Notes: generated by a model from the sequence alone, not told the origin. Positions 19,354 to 30,068 are shown, counted from the first letter of the stretch. The stretch: 64,000 bases of DNA from Minisyncoccota bacterium (GCA_958295675.1 OY282360.1:125810-189809), one strand, 5' to 3'. A program made the numbers and translations.

Positions 19354-20073
19354 ATGAACAAAAAAAATGATATAAAAAATATTGCCACCGTATTGATAGT
19401 ACTGGTTATTATTATCCTTGTCTTCTTTGCCGGTACGGCATACACACCAAATGACAGAATCTCATATTCTGATGATAATGTCGCTCCTTCATATGCCGGT
19501 GAAACCGACAGTGCTTCTGATACCCTGGATCTGCTTGCTGTTCGCGACACTGATGTTCCGAAAGGTAATGGCCCGTTCCTTTTAATTGAATATTCCGATT
19601 ATGAATGTCCTTTTTGCAAAAGGTTCCATCCTGTAGTACAGGAATTAGTTGATAATGGAGAAGTGACATGGGTGTACCGTCATCTGCCGCTGCCGTTTCA
19701 CGAGACCGCTGAAGAAGGTGCGGTCATAGCGGAATGCGTACGCATTCATAAGGGTGGTAGGGCGTTTTGGACATATACTGATTCAGTGTTTGAACAGAAT
19801 ACACTGTCGCTTGATGTGTACAAATCACTCGCCGCAACATCTGGACTTTCATCGGCGCAGGTTGAAAAATGCCTGGAATCGGGCAGTGAAGCGCGGGATG
19901 TGCTGGCAGTACATTATAAGGATACACAGTTAGTCGGCATCAATGGTACACCAGGATCATTCTTGGTAAACAAAAAAACAGGCAAGTTTGAGCGTGTACC
20001 GGGTGCGTTGCCATTGGAAAGTGACGGTTCCGGGGGTCCTTCAATGCGAGCGCTTCTCAACTCACTTCAGTAG
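19354..20073 (+). CDS. DsbA-like thiol:disulfide oxidoreductase, TM anchor, CPFC active site
   Basis: LLIEYSDYECPFC motif, paralogous to the 17891 gene. Confidence 0.7.
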   Translation: MNKKNDIKNIATVLIVLVIIILVFFAGTAYTPNDRISYSDDNVAPSYAGETDSASDTLDLLAVRDTDVPKGNGPFLLIEYSDYECPFCKRFHPVVQELVDNGEVTWVYRHLPLPFHETAEEGAVIAECVRIHKGGRAFWTYTDSVFEQNTLSLDVYKSLAATSGLSSAQVEKCLESGSEARDVLAVHYKDTQLVGINGTPGSFLVNKKTGKFERVPGALPLESDGSGGPSMRALLNSLQ

Positions 20074-20819
20074 TGATAATGACCGAATACTTTTCACTCT
20101 TTAGTTTTCTGACAGCAGCAGTTGCCGGCACAGTCACTGTTTTTCTTCCGTGCACCTATCCGATGATTATCGGATATATCGCCCTTATTATAGGTGACAG
20201 GCGGAATGATGACATGACGCACATTCTGAGAATAACCTTTTGGTTCTTTGTGGGGTTCACAGTCACTTTCATGGTATTCGGCAGTATCGCCGGCTTATTC
20301 GGTCAGTTCAGTGAAACCACGCTCATTGTGAATAGCTTAAGACCGATATTGACGATTATCGGCGGTGTATTCTTTATTATCATCGGTCTCCTGCTTTTGC
20401 AGGCGATACCGTTGCCGTCCAAGTTGCGGAGTATGCGGGCAATTCCCATTCCTTCATCATTAACTTCGCATTCATGGTGGCGTTCATGCGCTATCGGCGC
20501 AATTTTTGCAGCCGGTTGGTCACCCTGCATCGGACCGGTACTCGGAGGCATGTTGGTACTAGCTGCATCATCACAATCAGTCATAGCAGGTACATTACTC
20601 ATGTTTATGTTTTCAGTCGGCATGGTGTTGCCGATGTTGGTGATCGCGCTCCTGTATGGCAAAACCGCGGGTCGAATTCGTCGCTTTGAGAATATTATGC
20701 CGATAATGCGAGTTATCGGCGGCGCACTTTTTATATTCCTCGGTATTATCTTTATCATGGGTGACTTTTCCGTGCTGGGCAGTATGTCAGTGCCGGCATT
20801 TCTTGTGCCGTATATTTGA
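20073..20819 (+). CDS. ccdA: cytochrome c-type biogenesis / thiol-disulfide transporter CcdA (DsbD core) family
   Basis: Two membrane-embedded Cys motifs (LPCTYP and WSPCIGPVLG). ATGA overlap with the upstream dsbA-like gene. Confidence 0.7.
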   Translation: MIMTEYFSLFSFLTAAVAGTVTVFLPCTYPMIIGYIALIIGDRRNDDMTHILRITFWFFVGFTVTFMVFGSIAGLFGQFSETTLIVNSLRPILTIIGGVFFIIIGLLLLQAIPLPSKLRSMRAIPIPSSLTSHSWWRSCAIGAIFAAGWSPCIGPVLGGMLVLAASSQSVIAGTLLMFMFSVGMVLPMLVIALLYGKTAGRIRRFENIMPIMRVIGGALFIFLGIIFIMGDFSVLGSMSVPAFLVPYI

Positions 20820-20850
20820 CCGGTACAGTAATACCAGGTACAATACAGCC

Positions 20851-21024
20851 ATGTTTCAGTATTTTACAGAAGTATTACAGGAATTTAAATACATTCGATG
20901 GCTGTCAATCAGTCGGACGGTACTATTATCCGCCGTGGTCGTTTTTGTTGCGATATTGATTGGATTCATGCTCGGTGCGATGGATAACGGATTGTCCGCC
21001 GTACTGAAAACAATCGTTATATAA
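20851..21024 (+). CDS. secE: preprotein translocase subunit SecE
   Basis: 57 aa with a single TM helix, located before nusG. ATG at 20851. Confidence 0.7.
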   Translation: MFQYFTEVLQEFKYIRWLSISRTVLLSAVVVFVAILIGFMLGAMDNGLSAVLKTIVI

Positions 21025-21032
21025 TATGTAAT

Positions 21033-21590
21033 ATGAAAGAGCATATAATTGAAGATACAGAAAAAGAAGAGCCGAAGTGGTATGTAGTAAAAGTGCATTC
21101 CGGTTTTGAACAACCGGTCAAGTTCAGCATTATGCAGGCCATAGAATCCATGGACCTGCAGGATAGAATATTTGAAGTGATCATACCGGTTGAAAAGCAG
21201 ATGCGCATCAAAGGAGGGAAGCGAACGGAGAAGAAGGAGCGCATCTATCCCGGTTATATTCTGGTGCACATGGTGATAGACGATCAAACTTGGTATGCAA
21301 TTAATAATATTGAGTATGTGTCCGGATTTCTCGGTTCCCGATCTCATGCTGAATCGTTATCACAAGAAGAGGTTGATACTATCAAAGATCGAATGTACAG
21401 TGGTACTGTGCACCATGAGACCGACTACAAGATAGGTGATTCAGTAAAAATAGTAGAAGGTCCGTTCGCTGATCTGGATGGAAAAGTCAGTGAGATTGAT
21501 GCCGGCAAAGGTCAGGCAGTTGTTCTTATCCCAATGTTCGGAAGGGAGACACCGGTGAAACTGGACCTTTTTCAGATACGAAGCGTATAA
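21033..21590 (+). CDS. nusG: transcription antiterminator NusG
   Basis: WYVVKVHSGFE NGN domain and a C-terminal KOW (IGDSVKIVEGPFADLDGKV). Confidence 0.9.
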   Translation: MKEHIIEDTEKEEPKWYVVKVHSGFEQPVKFSIMQAIESMDLQDRIFEVIIPVEKQMRIKGGKRTEKKERIYPGYILVHMVIDDQTWYAINNIEYVSGFLGSRSHAESLSQEEVDTIKDRMYSGTVHHETDYKIGDSVKIVEGPFADLDGKVSEIDAGKGQAVVLIPMFGRETPVKLDLFQIRSV

Positions 21591-21596
21591 ATTACT

Positions 21597-22022
21597 ATGG
21601 CAAAACACATACAACAAGCAATTAAACTACAGATAGAAGCGGGGAAAGCGACACCCGCGCCGCCTATCGGCACAGTACTCGGTCCGGTCGGCATCAATAT
21701 CGGCGATTTCTGCACACAATTCAATGCGGCGACAAAAAATCAGCAAGGAGAAATTGTACCGGTAGTACTTAATGTCTATGATGACCGGTCGTTTGATTTT
21801 GTGCTCAAAACACCTCTGGCATCATTTCTGCTCCGCAAAGCTGCGGGAATCAACAAAGGGTCCGGTAAAAATCTCGTTAAAAAGGCGGGTAAGGTGACAG
21901 AGAAGGATATTCGGGCGATTGCCGAGCAAAAAATGGAGGATTTGAATGCTCGTGATATAGATGCGGCAATGCAGATAATTCGCGGCACAGCTCGTTCAAT
22001 GGGTATAGAGGTAAAATCTTGA
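21597..22022 (+). CDS. rplK: 50S ribosomal protein L11
   Basis: [26 protein letters not shown] motif. Confidence 0.95.
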   Translation: MAKHIQQAIKLQIEAGKATPAPPIGTVLGPVGINIGDFCTQFNAATKNQQGEIVPVVLNVYDDRSFDFVLKTPLASFLLRKAAGINKGSGKNLVKKAGKVTEKDIRAIAEQKMEDLNARDIDAAMQIIRGTARSMGIEVKS

Positions 22023-22034
22023 TGAATCTATGAT

Positions 22035-22517
22035 ATGGAATTTCTGTGCGGAGAAAAAGAGGTTGAAGCGGTGCGGTGGATGAATGCAGCGTGCATGACG
22101 GCGCGGCATGCATTGTGTAAACGGGCAAAATGCGGTGCGGTCATTGTAAACAATTCAGAAATAATCGGCAAAGGATATAATGCGCCGCCACTGGATAATA
22201 TAAAATGCTGCATGTGTTCGGAACATCTGCGACCGAATAAGCAGAAATATGACGCGACTTGCTGTATGCATGCGGAATGGCGCGCGATTATTGATGCCCT
22301 GAAGAACACAGCGGAAAAAATAAAGGGATCACGGCTATATTTTATAAGAATTGACGATAACGGCATGATTAAAAAATCAGAAAAACCATACTGCACGGTC
22401 TGCAGCCGTTTGGCACTTGATACCGGTATCGCTGAATTTCTATTGTGGCACGAGGACGGAATTTGTGCATACCCGACCGATGAATACAACAATCTCTCGT
22501 ATCAATTTACAGGATAA
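22035..22517 (+). CDS. CMP/dCMP deaminase-family zinc enzyme (occupies the position where rplA is expected)
   Basis: HAE and PCxxC zinc-binding motifs (CMHAEWRAI, PYCTVCSRL). Confidence 0.7.
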   Translation: MEFLCGEKEVEAVRWMNAACMTARHALCKRAKCGAVIVNNSEIIGKGYNAPPLDNIKCCMCSEHLRPNKQKYDATCCMHAEWRAIIDALKNTAEKIKGSRLYFIRIDDNGMIKKSEKPYCTVCSRLALDTGIAEFLLWHEDGICAYPTDEYNNLSYQFTG

Positions 22518-22521
22518 TCTT

Positions 22522-23124
22522 TCATTGTTCAGAGCAACCCTCTTTCTGAATGTATCGTTTTCCGATGGCGCGATTAGATAGAGTCAGGTTTAACTCGGGG
22601 ACACTGCATGCCATCCACGCGATGAATGTGTTACTGTTCGGTCCGAATGCGGAGTATTCTTTCTCGTACGGATAGCGCAGCGCCGCACGGTGTATATGTT
22701 CCACAATCGGTTCCGCTGTTTCTCCGGAGATAGTAACCAGTACGCGCGGCACCGCATCATACCATTTACGATCCGGGATATCATGTGCTATGCGCAGCGC
22801 GGAATCATGCCCGTCGGAAAGACGCCATCCTATGACCTCGTATACGGTATAGGTATCCGCATTTTTTTGTTTTGTCGCGATCCATATATGATCCGCGAAT
22901 AATCCGCGCCAGCCCCATAGTTCCGCGGCATACACCTGAACTACCGCATCCGGATACTGTTCCGGATCAGGCGCAATGCCGGCAGAACTGCGGGATGCGC
23001 TTGAAAAACCTGTGAAATCCCATATAACAAGAATTGTGAAGAAAATAAGCAGACAGAGTATGCAATACAGGACTGCTTTAAGAAACCGAACAAGAATATG
23101 TTGTGCGTGCCACGGCATATACAC
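22522..23124 (-). CDS. hypothetical membrane-anchored protein
   Basis: N-terminal TM helix. No motif recognised. Confidence 0.4.
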   Translation of the reverse strand: MYMPWHAQHILVRFLKAVLYCILCLLIFFTILVIWDFTGFSSASRSSAGIAPDPEQYPDAVVQVYAAELWGWRGLFADHIWIATKQKNADTYTVYEVIGWRLSDGHDSALRIAHDIPDRKWYDAVPRVLVTISGETAEPIVEHIHRAALRYPYEKEYSAFGPNSNTFIAWMACSVPELNLTLSNRAIGKRYIQKEGCSEQ

Positions 23125-23179
23125 ATACTATCACCCTCATCTTGCGTTTCCATAGAAAGCCGCGGTATACTTACAGCAT

Positions 23180-24322
23180 ATGAATAAAACAGCAATAAGT
23201 GTGGTGGGAATTATTATTATATTACTAATCGGGTGGTATGTGTTCGCGGAGAAAGGTATGATACCGGGCATGTCGGACGACAAGCCGATCACAATCGGTT
23301 TTATCGGTCCGCTGACAGGTGATGCAGTTAGTTATGGAGAACCGATAAGTAATTCCATTCGCCTCGCCGTTGATGAAGTGAACGAAGATGGCGGCATAAA
23401 CGGCAGAATGCTGGAAGTGGTGTATGAGGACGGTAAATGTACCGGGAAGGAGGCGGTGAATGCGGCCCAGAAGTTAGTCAATGTTGATAAGGTGAATGTT
23501 ATCATCGGCGGTGTTTGCAGCGGTGAGGCATTGGCAATTTTGCCGCTAACCGAACCGGCCAAGGTACTGGTACTCTCGCCGTCAGCGTCAAGTCCGGATT
23601 TGACGGGAGCTGGTGAGTATTTCTTCCGTAATAATCCGTCTGATGATAGTGGTGGCTCATTCCTGGCGGACATTGTGCTGAAAGATCACAAGAAAGTTGC
23701 AGTTATCTCGGAGAACACCGATTATGCACAGGCACTCAGGGGAGTATTCACCGAGAGTTTCACTGCCGGTGGCGGTGAGGTTGTTGCTGACGAGAGTTTC
23801 GCTCCGGAGACAAAAGATTTTCGCAGTATTCTGACCAAAGTGAAAGCGGCGGCACCTGATGCGATATTTATTAACCCGCAGACAGAAGATGCCGGCGGCA
23901 TCATTGGCAAACAGATAAAGGAACTGGATATTGAAGGACAGTTATATGGATCCAACATTCTTTCCGGCGCAAAAGCAGTTGAGATCGGCGGGGATAATAT
24001 TGAAGGGCTGCTGCTGTTTGATTCACCGGGACTGAATCCGAATAACAGAAAAGCTGCGGCGTTTTTGGATAATTATCAGGAACAGTATGGCGATCTGAGT
24101 ATAGAATTTTACCTTGGCGCGGCGTATGATGCTGTACATATACTTGCGAAAGGTATGAAAAAGGTCGGCACGGACAGCGATGCGTTGCGTGATTATATTG
24201 ATACCATGACCAGATATAGCGGTGTCATCGGTGCATACTCATTTGATGATAATGGTGATCTGACAGGCATTGATCATGTGCTGAAGAAAATTGAGGAAGG
24301 GAAGCCGGTTACAGTTGAATAG
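23180..24322 (+). CDS. branched-chain amino acid ABC transporter substrate-binding protein (LivJ/K family)
   Basis: Type-1 periplasmic-binding-fold pattern ITIGFIGPLTGD...; N-terminal anchor. Confidence 0.8.
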   Translation: MNKTAISVVGIIIILLIGWYVFAEKGMIPGMSDDKPITIGFIGPLTGDAVSYGEPISNSIRLAVDEVNEDGGINGRMLEVVYEDGKCTGKEAVNAAQKLVNVDKVNVIIGGVCSGEALAILPLTEPAKVLVLSPSASSPDLTGAGEYFFRNNPSDDSGGSFLADIVLKDHKKVAVISENTDYAQALRGVFTESFTAGGGEVVADESFAPETKDFRSILTKVKAAAPDAIFINPQTEDAGGIIGKQIKELDIEGQLYGSNILSGAKAVEIGGDNIEGLLLFDSPGLNPNNRKAAAFLDNYQEQYGDLSIEFYLGAAYDAVHILAKGMKKVGTDSDALRDYIDTMTRYSGVIGAYSFDDNGDLTGIDHVLKKIEEGKPVTVE

Positions 24323-24374
24323 CCGGGATTTGATATGACGGTGAGCAGTTGCGAATATCTGTATACTATGCAGT

Positions 24375-25241
24375 ATGGATATTATTCCGCAAATTATTGC
24401 GAATAGCATTATTGCAGGGTCTGTTTACACGCTCATCGCGGTCAGTTTCAATCTCATCTACGGCGCGACAAAGTTTTTCAATATCACACACGGCGTGATG
24501 ACAGCGATTGGCGCGTATGCGGTCTTCTTTTTCGGCAAGCAAATGGGTTTGTCAGTGTGGGTGGCCGTGTTAATTGGTGTATTGATTGCCGGCATGATCG
24601 GGTGGCTTTTGGATAGATTCATTTACCGTCCGTTGCGGGAAAAGAAAGCATCACAGTTAGCACTGTTGGTTGCTTCACTTGGCGCGTTTACTGTATTACA
24701 GGCATTAATCGCCATTATCTTCACTTCGCGGTTTCAGACACTTACACATGGTGTCGGTGTGCAGAAGACATTTGAAATTGCCGGCGGTATTATTACGCAG
24801 ACACAGGTGTTGATTGTCATAGCCGCGCTTGTAGTGACAGCAGGTCTTATGTTCTTTTTGAAATGCACGCGTTTCGGTAAAGCGGTGCGCGCGGTGAGTG
24901 ATGACAACGAAGTTTCCAAGATTATCGGCATTAACACCGACAGAATAATCGGGATTATATTTTTTATCGGTTCTGCTATCGCGGGTCTCGCGGGTATTCT
25001 GGTCGGTTTTGACACTGCCATAGAGCCGACTATGGGTTTGGTGCTGCTCCTGAAAGGGGTGATTGCGGCGATTGTCGGCGGTATCGGAAGCATATACGGC
25101 GGCGCGATTGGCGCGCTCCTGCTTGGTTTCGTGGAGAATTTCGGCATTATAAAAATTGCCAGTGAATGGAAAGATGCCATAGCGTTCGGTCTGCTTATCC
25201 TATTTCTCATTTTCCGCCCCCGCGGCATTGTTCGCACATAG
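24375..25241 (+). CDS. livH: branched-chain amino acid ABC permease LivH-like
   Basis: 8 TM helices, LivH family pattern. Confidence 0.8.
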   Translation: MDIIPQIIANSIIAGSVYTLIAVSFNLIYGATKFFNITHGVMTAIGAYAVFFFGKQMGLSVWVAVLIGVLIAGMIGWLLDRFIYRPLREKKASQLALLVASLGAFTVLQALIAIIFTSRFQTLTHGVGVQKTFEIAGGIITQTQVLIVIAALVVTAGLMFFLKCTRFGKAVRAVSDDNEVSKIIGINTDRIIGIIFFIGSAIAGLAGILVGFDTAIEPTMGLVLLLKGVIAAIVGGIGSIYGGAIGALLLGFVENFGIIKIASEWKDAIAFGLLILFLIFRPRGIVRT

Positions 25242-25244
25242 CGT

Positions 25245-26111
25245 ATGGAATACTTACTTCACCTCGCAATTTTATTTTCAATCTACGCGATACTCGGTCT
25301 CAGTTTGAATCTAATAGTCGGATACACAGGATTGCTATCCGTCACGCATGCCGCATTCTATGGCATCGGCGCGTATGCGACCGCCCTGCTCCTCATTAAG
25401 ACAGATATCGGTTTCTTGATGTCCGGTTTGATAGGCATTATTCTTGCCGCGATAATCGCTTTCCTCATCGGCATGGTACTGAGCAAATTTGACGGTGATT
25501 ATTATGCGCTTGGTTCAATGGGGTTTTGTATTATCGCATTTTCAGTGTTTTTGAACTGGCAAGATCTTACCAGAGGACCGCTCGGCCTCCCCGGCATACC
25601 GAAGCCGGAAATATTCGGCATTGAATTTTCTACAAGTGCGCTATTTGTCATTCTTGCGGCTGTTATTTTGATCGCTATTTATTTCGCCTGCCGATGTATC
25701 GCTAATTCCTCGTTTGGTAGAGTACTGAAAACAATTAGGGAAGATGAACAGGCGATACAGGTGTTCGGTTACAGCACATTGTATTTTAAATTAACAGTTT
25801 TTGTCATCAGCGCAATGATGGCCGCAGTTGCCGGCTCACTCTTCGCGGCGTATATAACATACATTGACCCGTCAACATTCACAATATTAGAATCCGTCTT
25901 TGTGCTTGCTATCGTCATACTGGGCGGACTGGCGAATCTGCGCGGTTCGCTCCTTGGCGCGTTGTTGCTCATAATGCTGCCGGAAATTCTTCGCTTTGTC
26001 GGTTTTCCCGGTGAGATTGCAGGGCAGATGCGTGAGCTGACCTACGGGGCTATGTTAATAGCGCTGATGCTATGGCGTCCGCAGGGACTTATCGGCGAAT
26101 ATAAATTATGA
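25245..26111 (+). CDS. livM: branched-chain amino acid ABC permease LivM-like
   Basis: TM permease paralog directly downstream. Confidence 0.8.
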   Translation: MEYLLHLAILFSIYAILGLSLNLIVGYTGLLSVTHAAFYGIGAYATALLLIKTDIGFLMSGLIGIILAAIIAFLIGMVLSKFDGDYYALGSMGFCIIAFSVFLNWQDLTRGPLGLPGIPKPEIFGIEFSTSALFVILAAVILIAIYFACRCIANSSFGRVLKTIREDEQAIQVFGYSTLYFKLTVFVISAMMAAVAGSLFAAYITYIDPSTFTILESVFVLAIVILGGLANLRGSLLGALLLIMLPEILRFVGFPGEIAGQMRELTYGAMLIALMLWRPQGLIGEYKL

Positions 26112-26842
26112 GTATACTTGAAACAAAAAAACTGACAAAACGGTTTGATGGTGTGGTTGCGATTAACGGTCTTTCCATTGGTATTGAGGCGGAAACTATT
26201 ACCGGCATTGTCGGTCCGAACGGTTCCGGTAAGACAACCCTAATTAATGTGCTCTCCGGTATGCTTCCTTTTGAGAATGGATCAGTGCGCGTGAACAATG
26301 CTGAGAATCTACGCGTTATACGACCGAGAAATATTCCGCTCTACGGCATAACGCGTACATTCCAGAATATCCGGCTATTTGAACAGATGACCGTGCTTGA
26401 TAACATTATGGTGGTACTGACAAAACGGAATGTGTTTTCCGCGCTTTTTGAGCGGCATACGGCGTATCGGCTGAAACAGGCGGAAGATGTGCTGCGCGCG
26501 GTCAATCTGTGGGAAAAAAGAAACGATCTTGCCATTAATCTGTCATACGGACAGAGAAAACTGCTGGAAATTGCTCGTGCATTGGCGATGCAATCGGATA
26601 TATTTCTACTGGATGAACCGTTCGCGGGTCTGTTCCCGGAAATGGTGAAAACCGTTTCAGGCATCATTAAAGACCTTAAAGATCATCGGAAGACAGTGGT
26701 GCTCATTGAACATAACATGAACCTTATTCGCGAATTGTGCGATCATGTTATTGTGATGGACGGCGGTGTTTTGTTGTCGCAGGGTGTCCCTGAACGGGTG
26801 CTTGCCGAGAAAAAAGTCATTGAGGCATATTTAGGAAAATGA
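26108..26842 (+). CDS. livG: ABC ATP-binding protein LivG-like
   Basis: Walker A GPNGSGKTT, signature LSYGQRK, Walker B LLDEP. Confidence 0.85.
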   Translation: MSILETKKLTKRFDGVVAINGLSIGIEAETITGIVGPNGSGKTTLINVLSGMLPFENGSVRVNNAENLRVIRPRNIPLYGITRTFQNIRLFEQMTVLDNIMVVLTKRNVFSALFERHTAYRLKQAEDVLRAVNLWEKRNDLAINLSYGQRKLLEIARALAMQSDIFLLDEPFAGLFPEMVKTVSGIIKDLKDHRKTVVLIEHNMNLIRELCDHVIVMDGGVLLSQGVPERVLAEKKVIEAYLGK

Positions 26843-27567
26843 ATACGGATAAAGAAAAACTACTGCAACTGAAGGGAGTAAGCGTGCAATATGGCGGCGT
26901 ACATGCGCTTGACACTGTTAGTGTTTCGCTTGACGAAGGTGAAGTTGTCGCATTAATGGGACCGAACGGCGCGGGAAAATCAACAATTTTAAAAGCAATT
27001 TTCGGTCTTGCGCCGCTGCATACAGGCAGGGTGCTGTGGTACGAGCGGCCATTCACGCCGGTACCGCACGAGGTAGTGCGCAACGGTATCGCTTTCGTAC
27101 CGCAGGGCAGACGGGTATTCACGACACTGAGTGTTGAGGAAAATCTGGAAATTGGAGGATACGGTATACGCGATGAAAAGGAACTTAAAAAAAGGATTGA
27201 GAGTGTTATGGATATGTTTCCGGCACTGAAACAGAAGCGGAAAACCCTGTCCGGCACTCTCTCAGGAGGACAGCAGCAAATGCTTGCTATCGCCCGCGGT
27301 CTGATGATTGATCCGAAAGTACTGTTGCTGGACGAACCGTCGCTAGGTCTTGCGCCGAAAGTAGTGAAAGAAGTATTCAAAAAAATAGCGGAGATAAACA
27401 AAAATAGAAAGACAGCAATTATGATCGTTGAGCACAACATTCAGTCGTTGCTCTCTGTCGCACATCGCGGCTATGTACTGGACAAAGGAAGAATAGTCGC
27501 GGAAGACGAGGCAGAAAAACTGACATCAAGCGGCATATTAGAACGTGTGTTCACCGGACGGCTGTGA
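26839..27567 (+). CDS. livF: ABC ATP-binding protein LivF-like
   Basis: Walker A GPNGAGKST, signature LSGGQQQ, Walker B LLDEPS. Confidence 0.85.
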   Translation: MNTDKEKLLQLKGVSVQYGGVHALDTVSVSLDEGEVVALMGPNGAGKSTILKAIFGLAPLHTGRVLWYERPFTPVPHEVVRNGIAFVPQGRRVFTTLSVEENLEIGGYGIRDEKELKKRIESVMDMFPALKQKRKTLSGTLSGGQQQMLAIARGLMIDPKVLLLDEPSLGLAPKVVKEVFKKIAEINKNRKTAIMIVEHNIQSLLSVAHRGYVLDKGRIVAEDEAEKLTSSGILERVFTGRL

Positions 27568-27621
27568 TTGAATAATACACAATTGTTTTTTCAGTGTTGA
27601 GGAACGGCATATACTGCGGGT

Positions 27622-28335
27622 ATGTATGCTCTCATTATAGCCGGAGGGAAAGGTGAACGACTACGACCATTTACTGATACCCTGCCGAAACCGATGATAC
27701 AACTGAACGGAAAGCCAATTCTTTGGCACCAGATACAATGGCTGCAAAGAGCGGGTGTGACGGATGTAATACTCCTAACCGGGTACCTTGCTGATGTCAT
27801 ACAAACATACTTCGGTGACGGCGCGGATTTTAATATGAATATCCGTTACAGTCACGAAGACACACCTCTGGGGCGCGGCGGTGCACTGCGAAAGGGACTG
27901 GCGATGTTGCCCAAGGACGAACGACAGGTGATTGTGACAAATGGCGACATCATAACTGACGCGGATGTAACGGCACTGATCAACATGCACAACACACGAT
28001 CAGAAATGAAAGCGAACCACTGTGTCACGGTGCTGACCGCGCCGATGAAGAGTCCGTACGGTATTGTTGACACAGACACGGACGGTGCGGTAAACGGCTT
28101 TCGGGAGAAAGCGATGCTGCCGTATACCATAAACGGCGGTGTCTATGTGCTGGAAAGAGATATTGAACACCTACTGCCTGAAATTGGTGACCATGAAACA
28201 GAGACATTTCCGGTATTAGCAACAGAAGGGCGAATGTCAGCGATGCTGCATGATAACTTTTGGCGCAGCGTGGATTCGCACAAGGATATGCGTGAAGCGG
28301 AGGAATTTGTCACGCGACAGAGAAGTGGCGCGTAA
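27622..28335 (+). CDS. sugar-phosphate nucleotidyltransferase (NTP_transferase family)
   Basis: N-terminal IIAGGKGERLRPFTDTLPKPM motif. Confidence 0.7.
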   Translation: MYALIIAGGKGERLRPFTDTLPKPMIQLNGKPILWHQIQWLQRAGVTDVILLTGYLADVIQTYFGDGADFNMNIRYSHEDTPLGRGGALRKGLAMLPKDERQVIVTNGDIITDADVTALINMHNTRSEMKANHCVTVLTAPMKSPYGIVDTDTDGAVNGFREKAMLPYTINGGVYVLERDIEHLLPEIGDHETETFPVLATEGRMSAMLHDNFWRSVDSHKDMREAEEFVTRQRSGA

Positions 28336-28340
28336 CACCG

Positions 28341-29294
28341 CTACAATGCCCGGGCATGCGCGAGAAAGGCGAGCGGATCAACCCATACGCCGCCGACTTT
28401 CATTGCAAGGTGCAGATGCGAACCGACAGTGAGTCCTGATTCACCGGCATCACCTATCCGCGCGTTCGCGGAGATTTGCTGACCTTCCGCGGCTGTCATA
28501 CGATCAAGATGACAATACACCGAAAAAACATCAAGACCGTGGTCAATAATGACAGTATTGCCGCAGAGATAGAGATTCCGTGCAAGCGCGACCGTGCCGT
28601 CGCCTATAGCGTAGACAGGATCGCCGACACCAAGACCGAAGTCCGTGCCGTTGTGTACTGACACAGTACCATTTTGATATATTCTTTGTTCACCATATGG
28701 TGAGGTTATGCGTTCGTACGGTGTGGAGGTGAACATGTTGAAATGAAACACATGCGATGAATTAGCATATATATCACGCAATATCGCTTTCTCCGACTGT
28801 ATTCTGCGCCGTTGCTCCGGAGTGAAAAACAAGTATTCCGGCGGAATGGCGAGGTGGGTGGTTGCAAATTTCCTGTCTGTAACAGCGATGCGCGCAATAG
28901 TTTTTTCGCCGAGAGTACATACAATGTCATCGGTCATATCGTACTGTGCGGCGACAAAAAACAAGATACCCGAGGCATGCGTGTGATACTTTGTCGGCGT
29001 GCTGTTACAAAGCAAGTCCGATTGATCATGTGTCGGATAGAAAATAGAGATTGTTTCTCCTTGTGAGATACTGCGTTCAACAACAGGTGCGTCAGCAATA
29101 ATTGCCTGCAGCGCTGCCTCTGATTCACGCGCTGCTTCTTCCGCGATCGCGGCATCGCGCCACAATCGTTGTGTTTCATAATAGTGCATGCCGCCGATGA
29201 TAACAGCAGCGCTGATACAGCATACAAAGACAAGTATAACTATACTGTGCGGAATGTGCATATAAAAACATAGTACCCCGAAACAATACCTCAA
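28341..29294 (-). CDS. M23 family metallopeptidase with N-terminal TM anchor
   Basis: HxxxD and HLH motifs (GTDFG...GSHLHLAM). Confidence 0.8.
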   Translation of the reverse strand: MRYCFGVLCFYMHIPHSIVILVFVCCISAAVIIGGMHYYETQRLWRDAAIAEEAARESEAALQAIIADAPVVERSISQGETISIFYPTHDQSDLLCNSTPTKYHTHASGILFFVAAQYDMTDDIVCTLGEKTIARIAVTDRKFATTHLAIPPEYLFFTPEQRRRIQSEKAILRDIYANSSHVFHFNMFTSTPYERITSPYGEQRIYQNGTVSVHNGTDFGLGVGDPVYAIGDGTVALARNLYLCGNTVIIDHGLDVFSVYCHLDRMTAAEGQQISANARIGDAGESGLTVGSHLHLAMKVGGVWVDPLAFLAHARAL

Positions 29295-29302
29295 GTGCGA
29301 TA

Positions 29303-29926
29303 CTATTCGGTGTGATAGCGGTATTCCAGGGGCTCTATGACCGGAGGTGCGGGACAGTCACCGAGGGTTGAGCAGAGTTCAGCCGGATCACCCCGTTCAG
29401 GACAGGATCCGGACTGAATGCACGCCTTATCGGTCACAGCATCCATTTCTTGTTTCAAAGTATCCTTATCCGGCGTGTTTGTCAGGAGTATCCGATCCAA
29501 ATCCTCAGGCATGTAGCTGTCAAACGGCTTATCATACTCCTTGTCATTCACGAACAAGCGAAGACCGTCAGCACGGCAGTGAATGTCGTCGTTCGCAAAA
29601 AGACAATTGTCATCAAGCGGCATGCCGAGTGAACGCAAAAACTTTGCGAATGTCTGCTGTTTTGCGTGGATGTGAAACACATCACCTTCGTTTTCATGAA
29701 GATGCAAAAACGCATGCCTGGCGATAGAATCATTTGATTGATATGCATCATCTGTCAAATCAATCCGCTCACCGTCAAGATATAGTGCAAAGTCAGCGTG
29801 AATATGCACTTCATTATAATGGTGCTGTTCATGGGAAGATTCAGAGAAGTACAGAACAAGCAGAATGACGACACACACAAGAAGAGCAACGGCGCACAGC
29901 ATTATCTTTTTTCCATCAGACATCAT
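29303..29926 (-). CDS. hypothetical membrane-anchored protein, His-rich with a Cys-rich C-terminus
   Basis: TM helix, repeated HxH and C-terminal CxxxxC patterns. A possible metal-binding protein. Confidence 0.4.
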   Translation of the reverse strand: MMSDGKKIMLCAVALLVCVVILLVLYFSESSHEQHHYNEVHIHADFALYLDGERIDLTDDAYQSNDSIARHAFLHLHENEGDVFHIHAKQQTFAKFLRSLGMPLDDNCLFANDDIHCRADGLRLFVNDKEYDKPFDSYMPEDLDRILLTNTPDKDTLKQEMDAVTDKACIQSGSCPERGDPAELCSTLGDCPAPPVIEPLEYRYHTE

Positions 29927-30028
29927 GCAGAACAGTATACATAATAGTGGTTGAAAATAAAAGAGACATATTTATTTCATGGACTATAACATTGCACAAA
30001 AACCAGATAATCTTCGCGCAAAGCGATT

Positions 30029-30068
30029 AAAAAAATCCCCCACCGAAGTTATAAACTTCGGTGGGGGA
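30029..30068 (-). terminator. rho-independent terminator (minus-strand sense) for gene 30097..30738
   Basis: TCCCCCACCGAAGTT-ATAA-AACTTCGGTGGGGGA hairpin followed on the minus strand by a T7 run. Confidence 0.7.
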
